Of a stretch of 18,257 nt of DNA, positions 9,097 to 16,407 are shown piece by piece. The notes beneath the pieces were generated by a model. The model made no database searches and had not been told where the DNA came from. It was given only the letters and a program-made list of their open reading frames with translations. This DNA comes from a virus: UHGV virus genome UHGV-0068637; one strand, 5' to 3'. Position 1 is the stretch's first letter. Each line of letters begins with the position of its first letter. The position numbers and the translations under genes are program-made.

Positions 9097-9627
9097 TTAA
9101 CTTACAACGTCAAGGGCGTCTCTGTTGTTGCTTGTGTCTATGCCTAACGACCCGACATTTGAACCTATTTTCATTTCACCCAACAGGATTGGCACTGGTC
9201 TACCCTGTCCTACTTTGTTCTCAATGCTGGTGTATGTGTTGTTAGATATGGTGTTATCTTGTGCGCTTTCTGCTGATGTTTTTATCTTCATGTTGCGTGA
9301 CATAAAGATCGAGAAAGCAACGCTAACAACAGAAACACCGATTAAAATCCAGCCTACAACGCCAATCCCAGCAATACCACCTTCCACCACTGGCGCAACA
9401 ATCACTGTAGTTCCGTCAGGGTATTTACTATTAACCGCTGCCGGGGCCGTCTTTTCGTCATAATCTTTTCCGGCAATTCGTAAGCGCAAAGGTGTATTTA
9501 AAAAAGCCTTCTTGAACTCCTGATCCTGCGCGGTCAATATGCTAAGTCCTTGCGCTGGCGTATCAACGTTTAAACACACCTTGCCGTAATATCTTCGAAG
9601 ATTGCCCGTAAATCTAAATTTGAGCAT
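9097..9627 (-). CDS. I: Tail assembly protein I-like
   Basis: 176-aa ORF overlapping the 3' end of the K-like gene, as in lambda. The C-terminal 'ISNNTYTSIENKVGQGRPVPILLGEMKIGSNV' matches the lambda I 'NTYFSSLDNMVAQGNVLPVLYGEMRVGSRV' region, and there is a hydrophobic central segment. Confidence 0.8.
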   Translation of the reverse strand: MLKFRFTGNLRRYYGKVCLNVDTPAQGLSILTAQDQEFKKAFLNTPLRLRIAGKDYDEKTAPAAVNSKYPDGTTVIVAPVVEGGIAGIGVVGWILIGVSVVSVAFSIFMSRNMKIKTSAESAQDNTISNNTYTSIENKVGQGRPVPILLGEMKIGSNVGSLGIDTSNNRDALDVVS

Positions 9628-10301
9628 TTGTCAGATCTCCATATTGAATTAGTCTGTCGAACATACGCGGGCCGCATTTGCTCGCGGCGGCTTAACAGTC
9701 CGGCATTGTCATGATGCAAAACAGTGTTGTCACCAAGGTAAATCATCGCGTGGCATGGATCTGCACCCTTAAACGGCTGACGAATAATCACATCACCAGG
9801 CTGAATACTTTGCGCGTCAACCATGAAAAACCCGTTCAATGGCAGGTTTTTTATGTACAGGTTTTCCCCACGCAGCCACCACCCATCGTGGCGCTCAAAG
9901 TCCGGCAGATCCACGCCGCAAAGGTGATAGGCGTCACGAAAAAGCGAGTAACAATCCGTTTTCCCGTGCTCAAATTTACGGCCCAACAGGTGCGCAACCG
10001 GGCGGAATTTTCTTACCATGCCACCGGAACACAAATACCACGGCAGGCCGGAAATAACCTGTTGCTGCCGATCCCGTGCTGACAATACCAACGAATCGTC
10101 AGTATGGGAGTGAAAAACGGCTGTTATAACGCCTAATTCGTCAGCTTTGATATAATCGTCAGGCGAGATTTTAAAGCTGTTGTGAGGCGTTTCAGACACG
10201 TTTAAACACGGGTAAAAATAATCGTTATCTATCACCAGCCCGCATACTTCCTCGTCAGGGTGGGCCGCTGCATAGCGAATCATTTTATCTTCAAGCGCCA
10301 T
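9570..10301 (-). CDS. K: Tail assembly protein K-like (MPN/JAB + NlpC/P60 domains)
   Basis: 'HPDEEVCGLV...HSH' (JAMM-like) followed by 'GKTDCYSLFRDAYH...QPGDVI...HAMIYLGDNTVLHH' (NlpC/P60-like), collinear with lambda K. Start chosen at the ATG at 10299-10301 (AAGGTGGG RBS) rather than the TTG at 10307 used by the ORF track. Confidence 0.85.
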   Translation of the reverse strand: MALEDKMIRYAAAHPDEEVCGLVIDNDYFYPCLNVSETPHNSFKISPDDYIKADELGVITAVFHSHTDDSLVLSARDRQQQVISGLPWYLCSGGMVRKFRPVAHLLGRKFEHGKTDCYSLFRDAYHLCGVDLPDFERHDGWWLRGENLYIKNLPLNGFFMVDAQSIQPGDVIIRQPFKGADPCHAMIYLGDNTVLHHDNAGLLSRREQMRPAYVRQTNSIWRSDKCSNLDLRAIFEDITARCV

Positions 10302-10303
10302 AA

Positions 10304-11008
10304 TCAACCCACCTTGCTGGATCCTGGGAAACAGGAAATTGGTAACGGATTAGGACGCGGAAAACGCAAACGGCAACCGCTCAGGCGGTGGCTGCATTTA
10401 TCCAGCTTCGGATCACTGGTTGGCTTGTCTTTGTCAGTAGCTACGGGGCCGCCACTGTATCTGCAACCGTCACCGCGATATTGCCACTGGCAAACGTCAG
10501 CGAGGATTGTGCGCCCAGGTATAACCGCTTTATCTGCATCAATTGGCGTTGACAGTTCATATTGCACCTGGTCCGCTGTTTCTTCGCTCATCGCTTCAAC
10601 GACGTAAAAAGATACAGCCTCAATAGATGGATCTGCATCCGGGTTGCCATTGGGGAAGTTGACGGCGTCCAGGTATTTTACTTCCACCTGGCGGCGTGTA
10701 ACCTTCATTCCTCGCAGATCGTTGAAATCGTTATTCATCCCAGTGATTAGGCCGCCAATGTTGGCTACGACCATTTGGGGGCGTGAGTAAACGCCTTCGT
10801 TTTTCATTTCGAAGCCAGTAGCCTCGATTGGGTAGCTGTTGTAAGCCAATCCCTTCCAGATAACCGGGCCGTAATAGCCATTCGCGCCGGAATGGAAGCG
10901 GATAACCTCGCCACCCAGGGGCGTCAGGTCCAGTTCAAATAAGTCAATGACCGCGCCGACTCCGGCATCCACGGAATCAATAATCATTTCTGTAGGTATG
11001 CTGCGCAT
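10304..11008 (-). CDS. L: Minor tail protein L-like
   Basis: 234-aa ORF with AAGGTGA RBS. 'VIDLFELDLTPLGGEV..F', 'GLAYNSYPIEATGFEMKNEG', 'KYLDAVNFPNGNP', 'ILADVCQWQYRGDGCRYSGGPVATD...DKCSHRLSGCRLRF' are collinear with lambda L including the Cys cluster. Confidence 0.85.
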   Translation of the reverse strand: MRSIPTEMIIDSVDAGVGAVIDLFELDLTPLGGEVIRFHSGANGYYGPVIWKGLAYNSYPIEATGFEMKNEGVYSRPQMVVANIGGLITGMNNDFNDLRGMKVTRRQVEVKYLDAVNFPNGNPDADPSIEAVSFYVVEAMSEETADQVQYELSTPIDADKAVIPGRTILADVCQWQYRGDGCRYSGGPVATDKDKPTSDPKLDKCSHRLSGCRLRFPRPNPLPISCFPGSSKVG

Positions 11009-11061
11009 TTTATCACCTTGTCATTTTGTGATCGCCATCACGCTAAATCATACCAAAACGG

Positions 11062-11093
11062 TTGATCGCGTTTTTTACAATATGTATATTGTA
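11062..11093 (+). promoter_or_regulatory. Candidate sigma70 promoter with palindromic operator for cassette A
   Basis: TTGATC (11062-11067), 17-bp spacer, TATATT (11085-11090). The perfect inverted repeat TACAATAT-gt-ATATTGTA (11076-11093) overlaps the -10. Confidence 0.4.
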
Positions 11094-11136
11094 CTCAAAA
11101 GGAAGCATGGTTAACAAAATGGCGCGGAGGTGTGAC

Positions 11137-11292
11137 ATGGCTGATAAGGTGTGGAGGTTGACGGTGTTCCTTAGTGATGGCAGGGAAATGACTGTGGCCC
11201 TGTATAAAGATGAAGGCGAGGCACTTACTGACGCGCTATTACTCGCTGAAGACGAACGCGTTTTGGGGTACAGGATCGAACCTGTCAAATGA
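11137..11292 (+). CDS. Hypothetical small acidic protein (cassette A, ORF1)
   Basis: 51-aa ORF, GGAGG 6 nt upstream of the ATG. First gene after the candidate promoter. No recognisable family. Confidence 0.5.
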   Translation: MADKVWRLTVFLSDGREMTVALYKDEGEALTDALLLAEDERVLGYRIEPVK

Positions 11293-11307
11293 GGGTTATA
11301 ACAAAAA

Positions 11308-11661
11308 ATGGAAAAATACAGATTAGACGTGTGGACTGATAAATACGAATGGGAACGCATGGGGCTATTTGATACATATGAATCAGCGTGTGATGAAGGT
11401 AGTGAATTACTGCGCTGTTGGTCTAATGCTCGTTATTATTATGTTGTTCCAGTACAAGTACCGGATAAGGTGGAAGAGATGAACCCGAAAGATATTAACT
11501 TTAACGTCAATGTTGAATTTGCAGACTCTATGGATCAGGCTTGCCCTGGTGAAATACACGCAAAAGGTTTTCCGGCTGACGATCCAGAAGCAAAACGAGA
11601 ATACGAAAAAGCGGCAAAAGACTTCTGCATAGATAACCTGGGCTGTTTTAATGGCAAATAA
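11308..11661 (+). CDS. Hypothetical acidic Cys-containing protein (cassette A, ORF2)
   Basis: 117-aa ORF with protein-like composition, whereas the antisense frames are Phe/Cys/Ile-rich junk. Lies in an AT-rich region. RBS is weak. Confidence 0.55.
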   Translation: MEKYRLDVWTDKYEWERMGLFDTYESACDEGSELLRCWSNARYYYVVPVQVPDKVEEMNPKDINFNVNVEFADSMDQACPGEIHAKGFPADDPEAKREYEKAAKDFCIDNLGCFNGK

Positions 11662-11676
11662 ATAGTAGGCCAATAT

Positions 11677-11916
11677 ATGAAAATGATTGGTATTATAAAA
11701 CTCGTTGTTACATCTAACAAAAGGGAGGATTTTAATATAAAAGATAGATACCCATTATTCAAAACATCTTCTGGCAATTATTTTACTGTTGACAACTGTT
11801 TAAACTTTGTTCCGCTGACTGTGCTTGATATTTCTGGAGCAAGGGTGAAAGGGTACGGAACTGCTTGCGGTGATGATTTTGTGCCTGATATGCTATTTTT
11901 TGAAACGTGGGAATAA
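11677..11916 (+). CDS. Hypothetical protein (cassette A, ORF3)
   Basis: 79-aa ORF, weak RBS, start could be 11677 or 11683. No recognisable family. Confidence 0.45.
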   Translation: MKMIGIIKLVVTSNKREDFNIKDRYPLFKTSSGNYFTVDNCLNFVPLTVLDISGARVKGYGTACGDDFVPDMLFFETWE

Positions 11917-11921
11917 AAATC

Positions 11922-12188
11922 ATGGGGCGGCGCAATCACGGTGATTATGTGTACACGTTGAAACAGGCCGCCCGCCTCATCGGTTATCATGAGCACGAAT
12001 TTATTAATTTGCTGATTGAGCGCGGGATACTTTACCAGGTCTGTTTAACGCTGTACCCGAAAGCTAAATACCTACAGGAAAAGTTATTCATCATCATGAC
12101 GGATGAAAACCAGGTCAATCACTCATTCGTCACTGATAAAGGTGTCAACTATCTGCGCGATAACTTACAGGGCGGCAATTATGGATAA
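11922..12188 (+). CDS. Putative small helix-turn-helix DNA-binding protein (cassette A, ORF4)
   Basis: About 89 aa from the ATG at 11922 (the ORF track uses GTG at 11907). The N-terminal 'YTLKQAARLIGYHEHEFINLLIERGIL' has the pattern of an HTH recognition unit (excisionase / AlpA / MerR-like). Confidence 0.5.
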   Translation: MGRRNHGDYVYTLKQAARLIGYHEHEFINLLIERGILYQVCLTLYPKAKYLQEKLFIIMTDENQVNHSFVTDKGVNYLRDNLQGGNYG

Positions 12189-12252
12189 GGTTATCGAAAA
12201 TGTTTTGGTAGTGGCTGGCGCAATTGCCATCGTTTATGCCTTTATGAACTAA
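12181..12252 (+). CDS. Possible 23-aa hydrophobic peptide (cassette A, ORF5)
   Basis: MDKVIENVLVVAGAIAIVYAFMN. Overlaps the stop of ORF4. Very short and hand-called, so it may not be translated. Confidence 0.3.
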   Translation: MDKVIENVLVVAGAIAIVYAFMN

Positions 12253-12263
12253 TGGGGTGAATC

Positions 12264-12401
12264 ATGAAAATCGAAGTTTTAGCACTGATTGTAATGGGCT
12301 TGATTGTCTTCGGTGTTCACGCTGCTGGTTGGGACTGGGCGGCAATAGCAAACAACATGGCGCACGCTCACCCAATGAGTTTGCTGTATATTCACTACTA
12401 A
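12264..12401 (+). CDS. Small single-pass membrane peptide (cassette A, ORF6)
   Basis: 45-aa ORF, GGGGTGA RBS 4 nt upstream. The N-terminus 'IEVLALIVMGLIVFGV' is hydrophobic. A terminator follows directly. Confidence 0.45.
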   Translation: MKIEVLALIVMGLIVFGVHAAGWDWAAIANNMAHAHPMSLLYIHY

Positions 12402-12403
12402 CA

Positions 12404-12440
12404 AGAAAAACCCCGCGCGAAGCGGGGTTGTTATTATACG
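12404..12440. terminator. Bidirectional rho-independent terminator (near-identical copy of the 3614-3644 hairpin)
   Basis: CCCCGCGCGAAGCGGGGTTGTT is identical to 3618-3639. There are A/T runs on both sides, between the convergent stops at 12401 (+) and 12434 (-). Confidence 0.7.
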
Positions 12441-12631
12441 CCATCAACCAAAAATAAAACCTCCTTGCCTTCCCTGGATCTGCATCCCACATACCCGTCA
12501 CCAACATCATGAAGATACCAGGTATCGCCATTGTCAGCCTTTACAGTAAGGTCGTTGATCTCATAGTCGTCAAACAATGTAAAAGCGTCAGTTTTGTCAA
12601 CTACACAAGTCCCGTACATAACAACCTCCAT
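12434..12631 (-). CDS. Hypothetical 65-aa protein translationally coupled to M
   Basis: Its ATG (12629-12631) overlaps the TAA of the M-like gene (TAATG arrangement). Same strand as the tail genes, followed by a terminator. No recognisable family. Confidence 0.45.
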   Translation of the reverse strand: MEVVMYGTCVVDKTDAFTLFDDYEINDLTVKADNGDTWYLHDVGDGYVGCRSREGKEVLFLVDGV

Positions 12632-12984
12632 TAGCCAACAACTTGTTCAAACGTTGCGTTTAGCGTGTACACAGGCCCGTCCTTAGTCATACTCCAGCTA
12701 CGGCAAACAAAAAGCCTTTGCACGCCATCCATAGACGGCGACCAGTAAAAAGCCTCGACAGCGCCGCGCGCCCTCAAGAATGCTTCTGCCTGGATCGCCA
12801 CGTTTCCACCATCACCGCATCCTGCGCTACTGCCTTTAAAAACCAGGGTGTATTTATCAAGTAATGTGTTAATCCCTTTCGCCTGGCGCTGTTCATATCC
12901 ATCACCAAGTTTAATGACTGACACATTTGGTTCCCTGGTCACGCTGTAGCTTCTTTGTGGCGTCCATTTGAAAACTTCAGGCAT
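12631..12984 (-). CDS. M: Minor tail protein M-like
   Basis: 117-aa ORF with GGGGGA RBS. 'KLGDGYEQRQAKGIN', 'FYWSPSMDG', and the C-terminal 'TLNATFEQVVG' match lambda M ('RFGDGYSQRAPAGLN', 'FLWTPPYE', 'EFSAEFEQVVN'). Confidence 0.85.
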   Translation of the reverse strand: MPEVFKWTPQRSYSVTREPNVSVIKLGDGYEQRQAKGINTLLDKYTLVFKGSSAGCGDGGNVAIQAEAFLRARGAVEAFYWSPSMDGVQRLFVCRSWSMTKDGPVYTLNATFEQVVG

Positions 12985-13073
12985 GATTCCCCCTATAAGT
13001 TACATATTGCATACATCTTTACGCGCTTCTACGCGAAAAATTAGAACTTCGTCACAAGAATTATACCCAGTTT

Positions 13074-13112
13074 ACAAAATGGCTTCACACAGGACGTAAC
13101 AAGATGTATATA
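13074..13112 (+). promoter_or_regulatory. Candidate promoter for cassette B carrying the conserved ACAAAATGGCTTCAC motif
   Basis: ACAAAATGGCTTCAC at 13074-13088 is identical to 16293-16307. -35-like TTCACA (13084-13089), 17-bp spacer, -10-like TATATA (13107-13112). Confidence 0.35.
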
Positions 13113-13154
13113 GGAAGCAAGAAGAGAAAGCAGTACCAACAAAGGAGGGGCATC

Positions 13155-13310
13155 ATGAAACGCTATGTAGTGGTAATGCTGAACAACGCATTCGAACAGG
13201 TGGAAGTAGCGATCGTTAAAGGCTTCGATGACGCATTCAAATACGGTCAATTCATGATGAATGCAAAAGAAGATGAATACCGTGATTTCTTCCTGAAAGT
13301 GGTCAGCTAA
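13155..13310 (+). CDS. Hypothetical small protein (cassette B, ORF1)
   Basis: 51-aa ORF with a very strong RBS (AAAGGAGGGG) 4 nt before the ATG. No recognisable family. Confidence 0.55.
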   Translation: MKRYVVVMLNNAFEQVEVAIVKGFDDAFKYGQFMMNAKEDEYRDFFLKVVS

Positions 13311-13328
13311 TGGATTGTGGGGTGGGTT

Positions 13329-13583
13329 ATGAAATTGGTGGCGATTGGTAAAAACCTGAAAGCACAGAAAAACGCACAGGACCGGATCATCAAAAAGGGC
13401 AAGGCCTTATTAAACGCTTTCCTGAAAAAAGAGGCCAACCCCAAAAAATTACGCGATGGCTACGGTTATAAATTTGACATCAACCCCGATTGGCGGTTAT
13501 TCAGCGAAGATCTAAAGATGTGGTTAATTATTGACCATCTGGAATACAACCGCCACTGTGGAGTAAAAGGGGCGCATAAATGA
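13329..13583 (+). CDS. Hypothetical lysine-rich basic protein (cassette B, ORF2)
   Basis: 84 aa from the ATG at 13329 (the ORF track uses GTG at 13317). GGGGTGGG upstream. The N-terminal half is highly basic. Confidence 0.5.
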   Translation: MKLVAIGKNLKAQKNAQDRIIKKGKALLNAFLKKEANPKKLRDGYGYKFDINPDWRLFSEDLKMWLIIDHLEYNRHCGVKGAHK

Positions 13584-13591
13584 GGTGAAAT

Positions 13592-13684
13592 ATGGATGAC
13601 GATAAATTCACCTGGCGGGAGATCTGGAGCATCTGGCAGGTGATGTTTGCTCGCAGCTATATAGCAAGAAACGGAAGATTGTGA
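13592..13684 (+). CDS. Possible 30-aa peptide (cassette B, ORF3)
   Basis: MDDDKFTWREIWSIWQVMFARSYIARNGRL. GAGGTGA RBS that overlaps the ORF2 stop. Short and hand-called. Confidence 0.35.
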   Translation: MDDDKFTWREIWSIWQVMFARSYIARNGRL

Positions 13685-13702
13685 TTTGCGGAGGAAAATA
13701 AA

Positions 13703-13879
13703 ATGAAAAACCCGGCAAATAAAAGCAACGTAAAACGTATGGCGTGGGTGCTAAAATATATGGATAGTAAAGGGGATACATATACATGCCCATTTTTCAG
13801 GTATACTGACGCGGTATTTGCCAGAAGTGTACACGGAGGGAAAATTGAAAGAGGGTATACAAGTTTTGAGAATAACTAA
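13703..13879 (+). CDS. Hypothetical 58-aa protein (cassette B, ORF4)
   Basis: GGAGG RBS 8 nt upstream. Followed directly by a terminator. Confidence 0.5.
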   Translation: MKNPANKSNVKRMAWVLKYMDSKGDTYTCPFFRYTDAVFARSVHGGKIERGYTSFENN

Positions 13880-13884
13880 AAGAT

Positions 13885-13918
13885 AACCCCGGCATTGTAC
13901 CGGGGTTTTGTTTATTTG
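13885..13918. terminator. Bidirectional rho-independent terminator (cassette B / H gene convergent)
   Basis: Hairpin AACCCCGG-CATTGTA-CCGGGGTT followed by TTTTGTTTATTT. On the minus strand a T-rich tract follows the stem. Directly abuts the H stop at 13912-13914. Confidence 0.75.
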
Positions 13919-16251
13919 CGGCGAGGTTGCAACATTCCGCCAGGTCGTTGCGATTCCCTTGCCATCATTTTCATTGCTACGCGTTCCATTGTCTGTTCAA
14001 GCCTGCGACCGTCTTCGTCGCTAAATCCGTTTGTGGTCTGTACGGTGATGTTAACAGGCATATTGATGCCGCCACCATTGAAGAGATCGCGGCCAGGAAT
14101 AACCCTGCCATTTTCCCCAGGAATCATATACTGACGCCCGTTGCTCGTCTGGAATAACTCAGGAATCCCGTGTTCCCCTACGCGATACAGACTTCCACCA
14201 TTAACAGAACCACCATTATAACGTCCGCCGCCAAAAATTGACGTTGCCAGCGACATGATCGCAGAAAGTGCCGCAGCACCAGCCGCCGCCCAGCTACCAC
14301 CAGTTGACGCAGCCGTTGCCGCAGCCGCCGGGGCCGCCGCCGCAGCAATCTGACCTTGCGCCGCCACCGCGCCAGCCGTTGTACTTGCCTGGGTAGCCTT
14401 GCTTTGCGTTTCCATCATCAACTGATCTGCTATCCAGTTGGCGGCAATTTCTGATAGTTTGTTGCCAACGGTGTTAAGTATGCTACTTCCCAGGTTAGCA
14501 AAAACCTCGCTTAGTGATTGAGTACCGTTCAACAGGCCGGTAAGCGCATTACCCATGCCACCTTTTAGGCCACTGACACAAGCGCCGATCAGGCCGTTTG
14601 TGTCGCTCTGTGCCTGCCATTGTTCCCATTTCAGATCTCGGATCTGTTGCTCGTATTCCAATTGCGCCTGTCTCTGTTGCGCCTCTGTAGCGCCCAGGTC
14701 CAATAGCATTTGTTTTCTTACAGCCCATTCATTTTGCGCCTGCTTGATTGGGTCAATTTCTCCCTTAAGCTGGTCCATCGGGCTAACTATGTGGTCCCAT
14801 TTGTCGCGTAGCTCATCAACAGGGATCTGAGCTAATTCGTCTTTCAGTTCCTTGCCTATTCCTTTTTGCGCGGCCTTGTACTCAAGGAGGGTTATTTTGC
14901 CCTGGGCGAATGCAGCATCAATGGCCTTGCCGTTCTCCAGCGCTTTACGCATGGCGGCGGCGTCCTTGTTGTACTGGTCGGACACTTTTATACCTTCATC
15001 ACCAAGCCGATCAGCTTCGGATTTCTTTTGTTTTTTAGGTTTTTTCGGCTTACCAACTGGCTGATCGAATCCTGTGATCTTGCCATCGTCAGCCTCACCC
15101 TGTTTCTCCATGAACTCATCATATGCGGCGGTTGCGTTTTTAATGTCGTTTGCAAACGTCATTACTTTGCCAACGGTAGGGCCAAATTTCTTCTCGTTGT
15201 TGCTGTTTAGCTCTTCTTTGCGTTTGTCTACGATCTCCTTCATCCATTTGTAGCCATCCATTAGCGCCTTGATTGGCGTCACCATCCTGATGATTTCTTC
15301 CGCCACCTCGCCAGCTTTAACAGCAACATCGTCAAATATGTCGATGAACTCGCTACCAGCGGTTTTCAGTGTATTGAAACAGGTTGCGGCGAATTTTGCG
15401 CCTTTACCCAATCCCTCAACGCCACCAGTGATTAAGTCTATTGCTGTAACAACGCCGTCAGATATGCCGAAAAGATTATCAAGCTCTTCGACAACGCCCA
15501 TCATCTCAACTTTAAGCTCGTTGAAGGCTATGCCTGTTGTGCGCGGCAATTGTGCGAACTTCTCGTTTGTTTCCTGCGTGGAGGCCTGGATCGCGTTGAG
15601 CATCCTTTCAGCCGTGATCTTACCGTCCAGCATTTCAGCGCGGAACTGACCCATAGATAACCCCATTTGGCGGGCCATTTCCTGTACGATTGTTGGGGTA
15701 TTGTCGCGTATTGAGTTAAATTCTTCCGCCTGCAACACGCCAGCATCAATAGCCTGGCGGAACTGGCGCATGGAGTTAGATAACTGTTCCGCAGACACGC
15801 CGCCCAGACTACCAAGTTTTTGTAGCGTGCTAACCAGGTTGAGCACCTGGCCTTCCGTAGCGGATGTATTTTTTAGCGATATAGCAAGCCCTTGCCACAG
15901 GTCGCCAGTATCCTTGAGGCTTTGGCCTGTTTCTTTTGATATATCTTTCAGTCTGTTGAAAACACGTTCCGTGGCCTCCGCTTCACCTGTGAGCAGTTTG
16001 ATTTTTACGCGAAGCATTTTTGCTTGCTCCGCCATGTCAATAAACTGGCGCACAGCCTCCGCAGCAAGTAATAGATGGATAACCCTGGACAGTGCTTTGA
16101 TTGAAGTCTTAAGCGTGTTTACCTGGCGGTCAGCGCGTTTTGCGCCACGCTCGATGCTGTCAAATGCCTGGTCTGCCTGTCGTTGAGCAACGAGAAGTTG
16201 ACCAGTTTTTGCATCAACTTCGTAATAGATTGTACCTAAACTGGTTGCCAT
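13912..16251 (-). CDS. H: Tail length tape-measure protein (H-like)
   Basis: 779-aa ORF with GAGGT RBS. The N-terminal two-thirds is alpha-helical and rich in charged residues. There is a Gly/Ala-rich hydrophobic stretch near the C-terminus (AAQGQIAAAAAPAAAATAAS...SIFGGG) and a terminal 'GGSLYRVGEHGIPELF' region like lambda H. It sits directly upstream of M. Confidence 0.85.
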   Translation of the reverse strand: MATSLGTIYYEVDAKTGQLLVAQRQADQAFDSIERGAKRADRQVNTLKTSIKALSRVIHLLLAAEAVRQFIDMAEQAKMLRVKIKLLTGEAEATERVFNRLKDISKETGQSLKDTGDLWQGLAISLKNTSATEGQVLNLVSTLQKLGSLGGVSAEQLSNSMRQFRQAIDAGVLQAEEFNSIRDNTPTIVQEMARQMGLSMGQFRAEMLDGKITAERMLNAIQASTQETNEKFAQLPRTTGIAFNELKVEMMGVVEELDNLFGISDGVVTAIDLITGGVEGLGKGAKFAATCFNTLKTAGSEFIDIFDDVAVKAGEVAEEIIRMVTPIKALMDGYKWMKEIVDKRKEELNSNNEKKFGPTVGKVMTFANDIKNATAAYDEFMEKQGEADDGKITGFDQPVGKPKKPKKQKKSEADRLGDEGIKVSDQYNKDAAAMRKALENGKAIDAAFAQGKITLLEYKAAQKGIGKELKDELAQIPVDELRDKWDHIVSPMDQLKGEIDPIKQAQNEWAVRKQMLLDLGATEAQQRQAQLEYEQQIRDLKWEQWQAQSDTNGLIGACVSGLKGGMGNALTGLLNGTQSLSEVFANLGSSILNTVGNKLSEIAANWIADQLMMETQSKATQASTTAGAVAAQGQIAAAAAPAAAATAASTGGSWAAAGAAALSAIMSLATSIFGGGRYNGGSVNGGSLYRVGEHGIPELFQTSNGRQYMIPGENGRVIPGRDLFNGGGINMPVNITVQTTNGFSDEDGRRLEQTMERVAMKMMARESQRPGGMLQPRRK

Positions 16252-16289
16252 GATTTAACCTCATGAAAGTGTGATCTAGATCTCTATTC

Positions 16290-16331
16290 TATACAAAATG
16301 GCTTCACTTCAACGTATACATTTTGTATAAA
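16290..16331 (+). promoter_or_regulatory. Candidate promoter/operator for cassette C with conserved motif and 11-bp inverted repeat
   Basis: TATACAAAATG (16290-16300) and CATTTTGTATA (16319-16329) form an inverted repeat. ACAAAATGGCTTCAC at 16293-16307. -35-like TTCACT (16303-16308), 17-bp spacer, -10-like TATAAA (16326-16331). The palindrome GATCTAGATC lies just upstream (16273-16282). Confidence 0.35.
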
Positions 16332-16407
16332 GAAGTCAAAGGAAAGGGATTGAGCGAATGGATTCAGAAGGCCGGATGAACCGGAGGAAGCAAAAGAGGA
16401 TAAGAAA

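Noticed and set aside
11043-11360. Minus-strand 105-aa ORF between L and cassette A
   Set aside because: Ser-rich low-complexity translation with no Shine-Dalgarno. It overlaps plus-strand ORF1 and ORF2, which have better RBSs and protein-like composition.
11407-11996. Minus-strand ORFs 11407..11673, 11535..11777, 11778..11996
   Set aside because: Phe/Cys/Ile-rich translations of the AT-rich antisense strand of cassette A. The plus-strand reading is more protein-like.
13104-13154. Longer start (ATG 13104) for cassette B ORF1 as given in the ORF track
   Set aside because: No Shine-Dalgarno before 13104, whereas a near-consensus AAAGGAGGGG lies 4 nt before the ATG at 13155. The upstream ATG also lies inside the predicted promoter.
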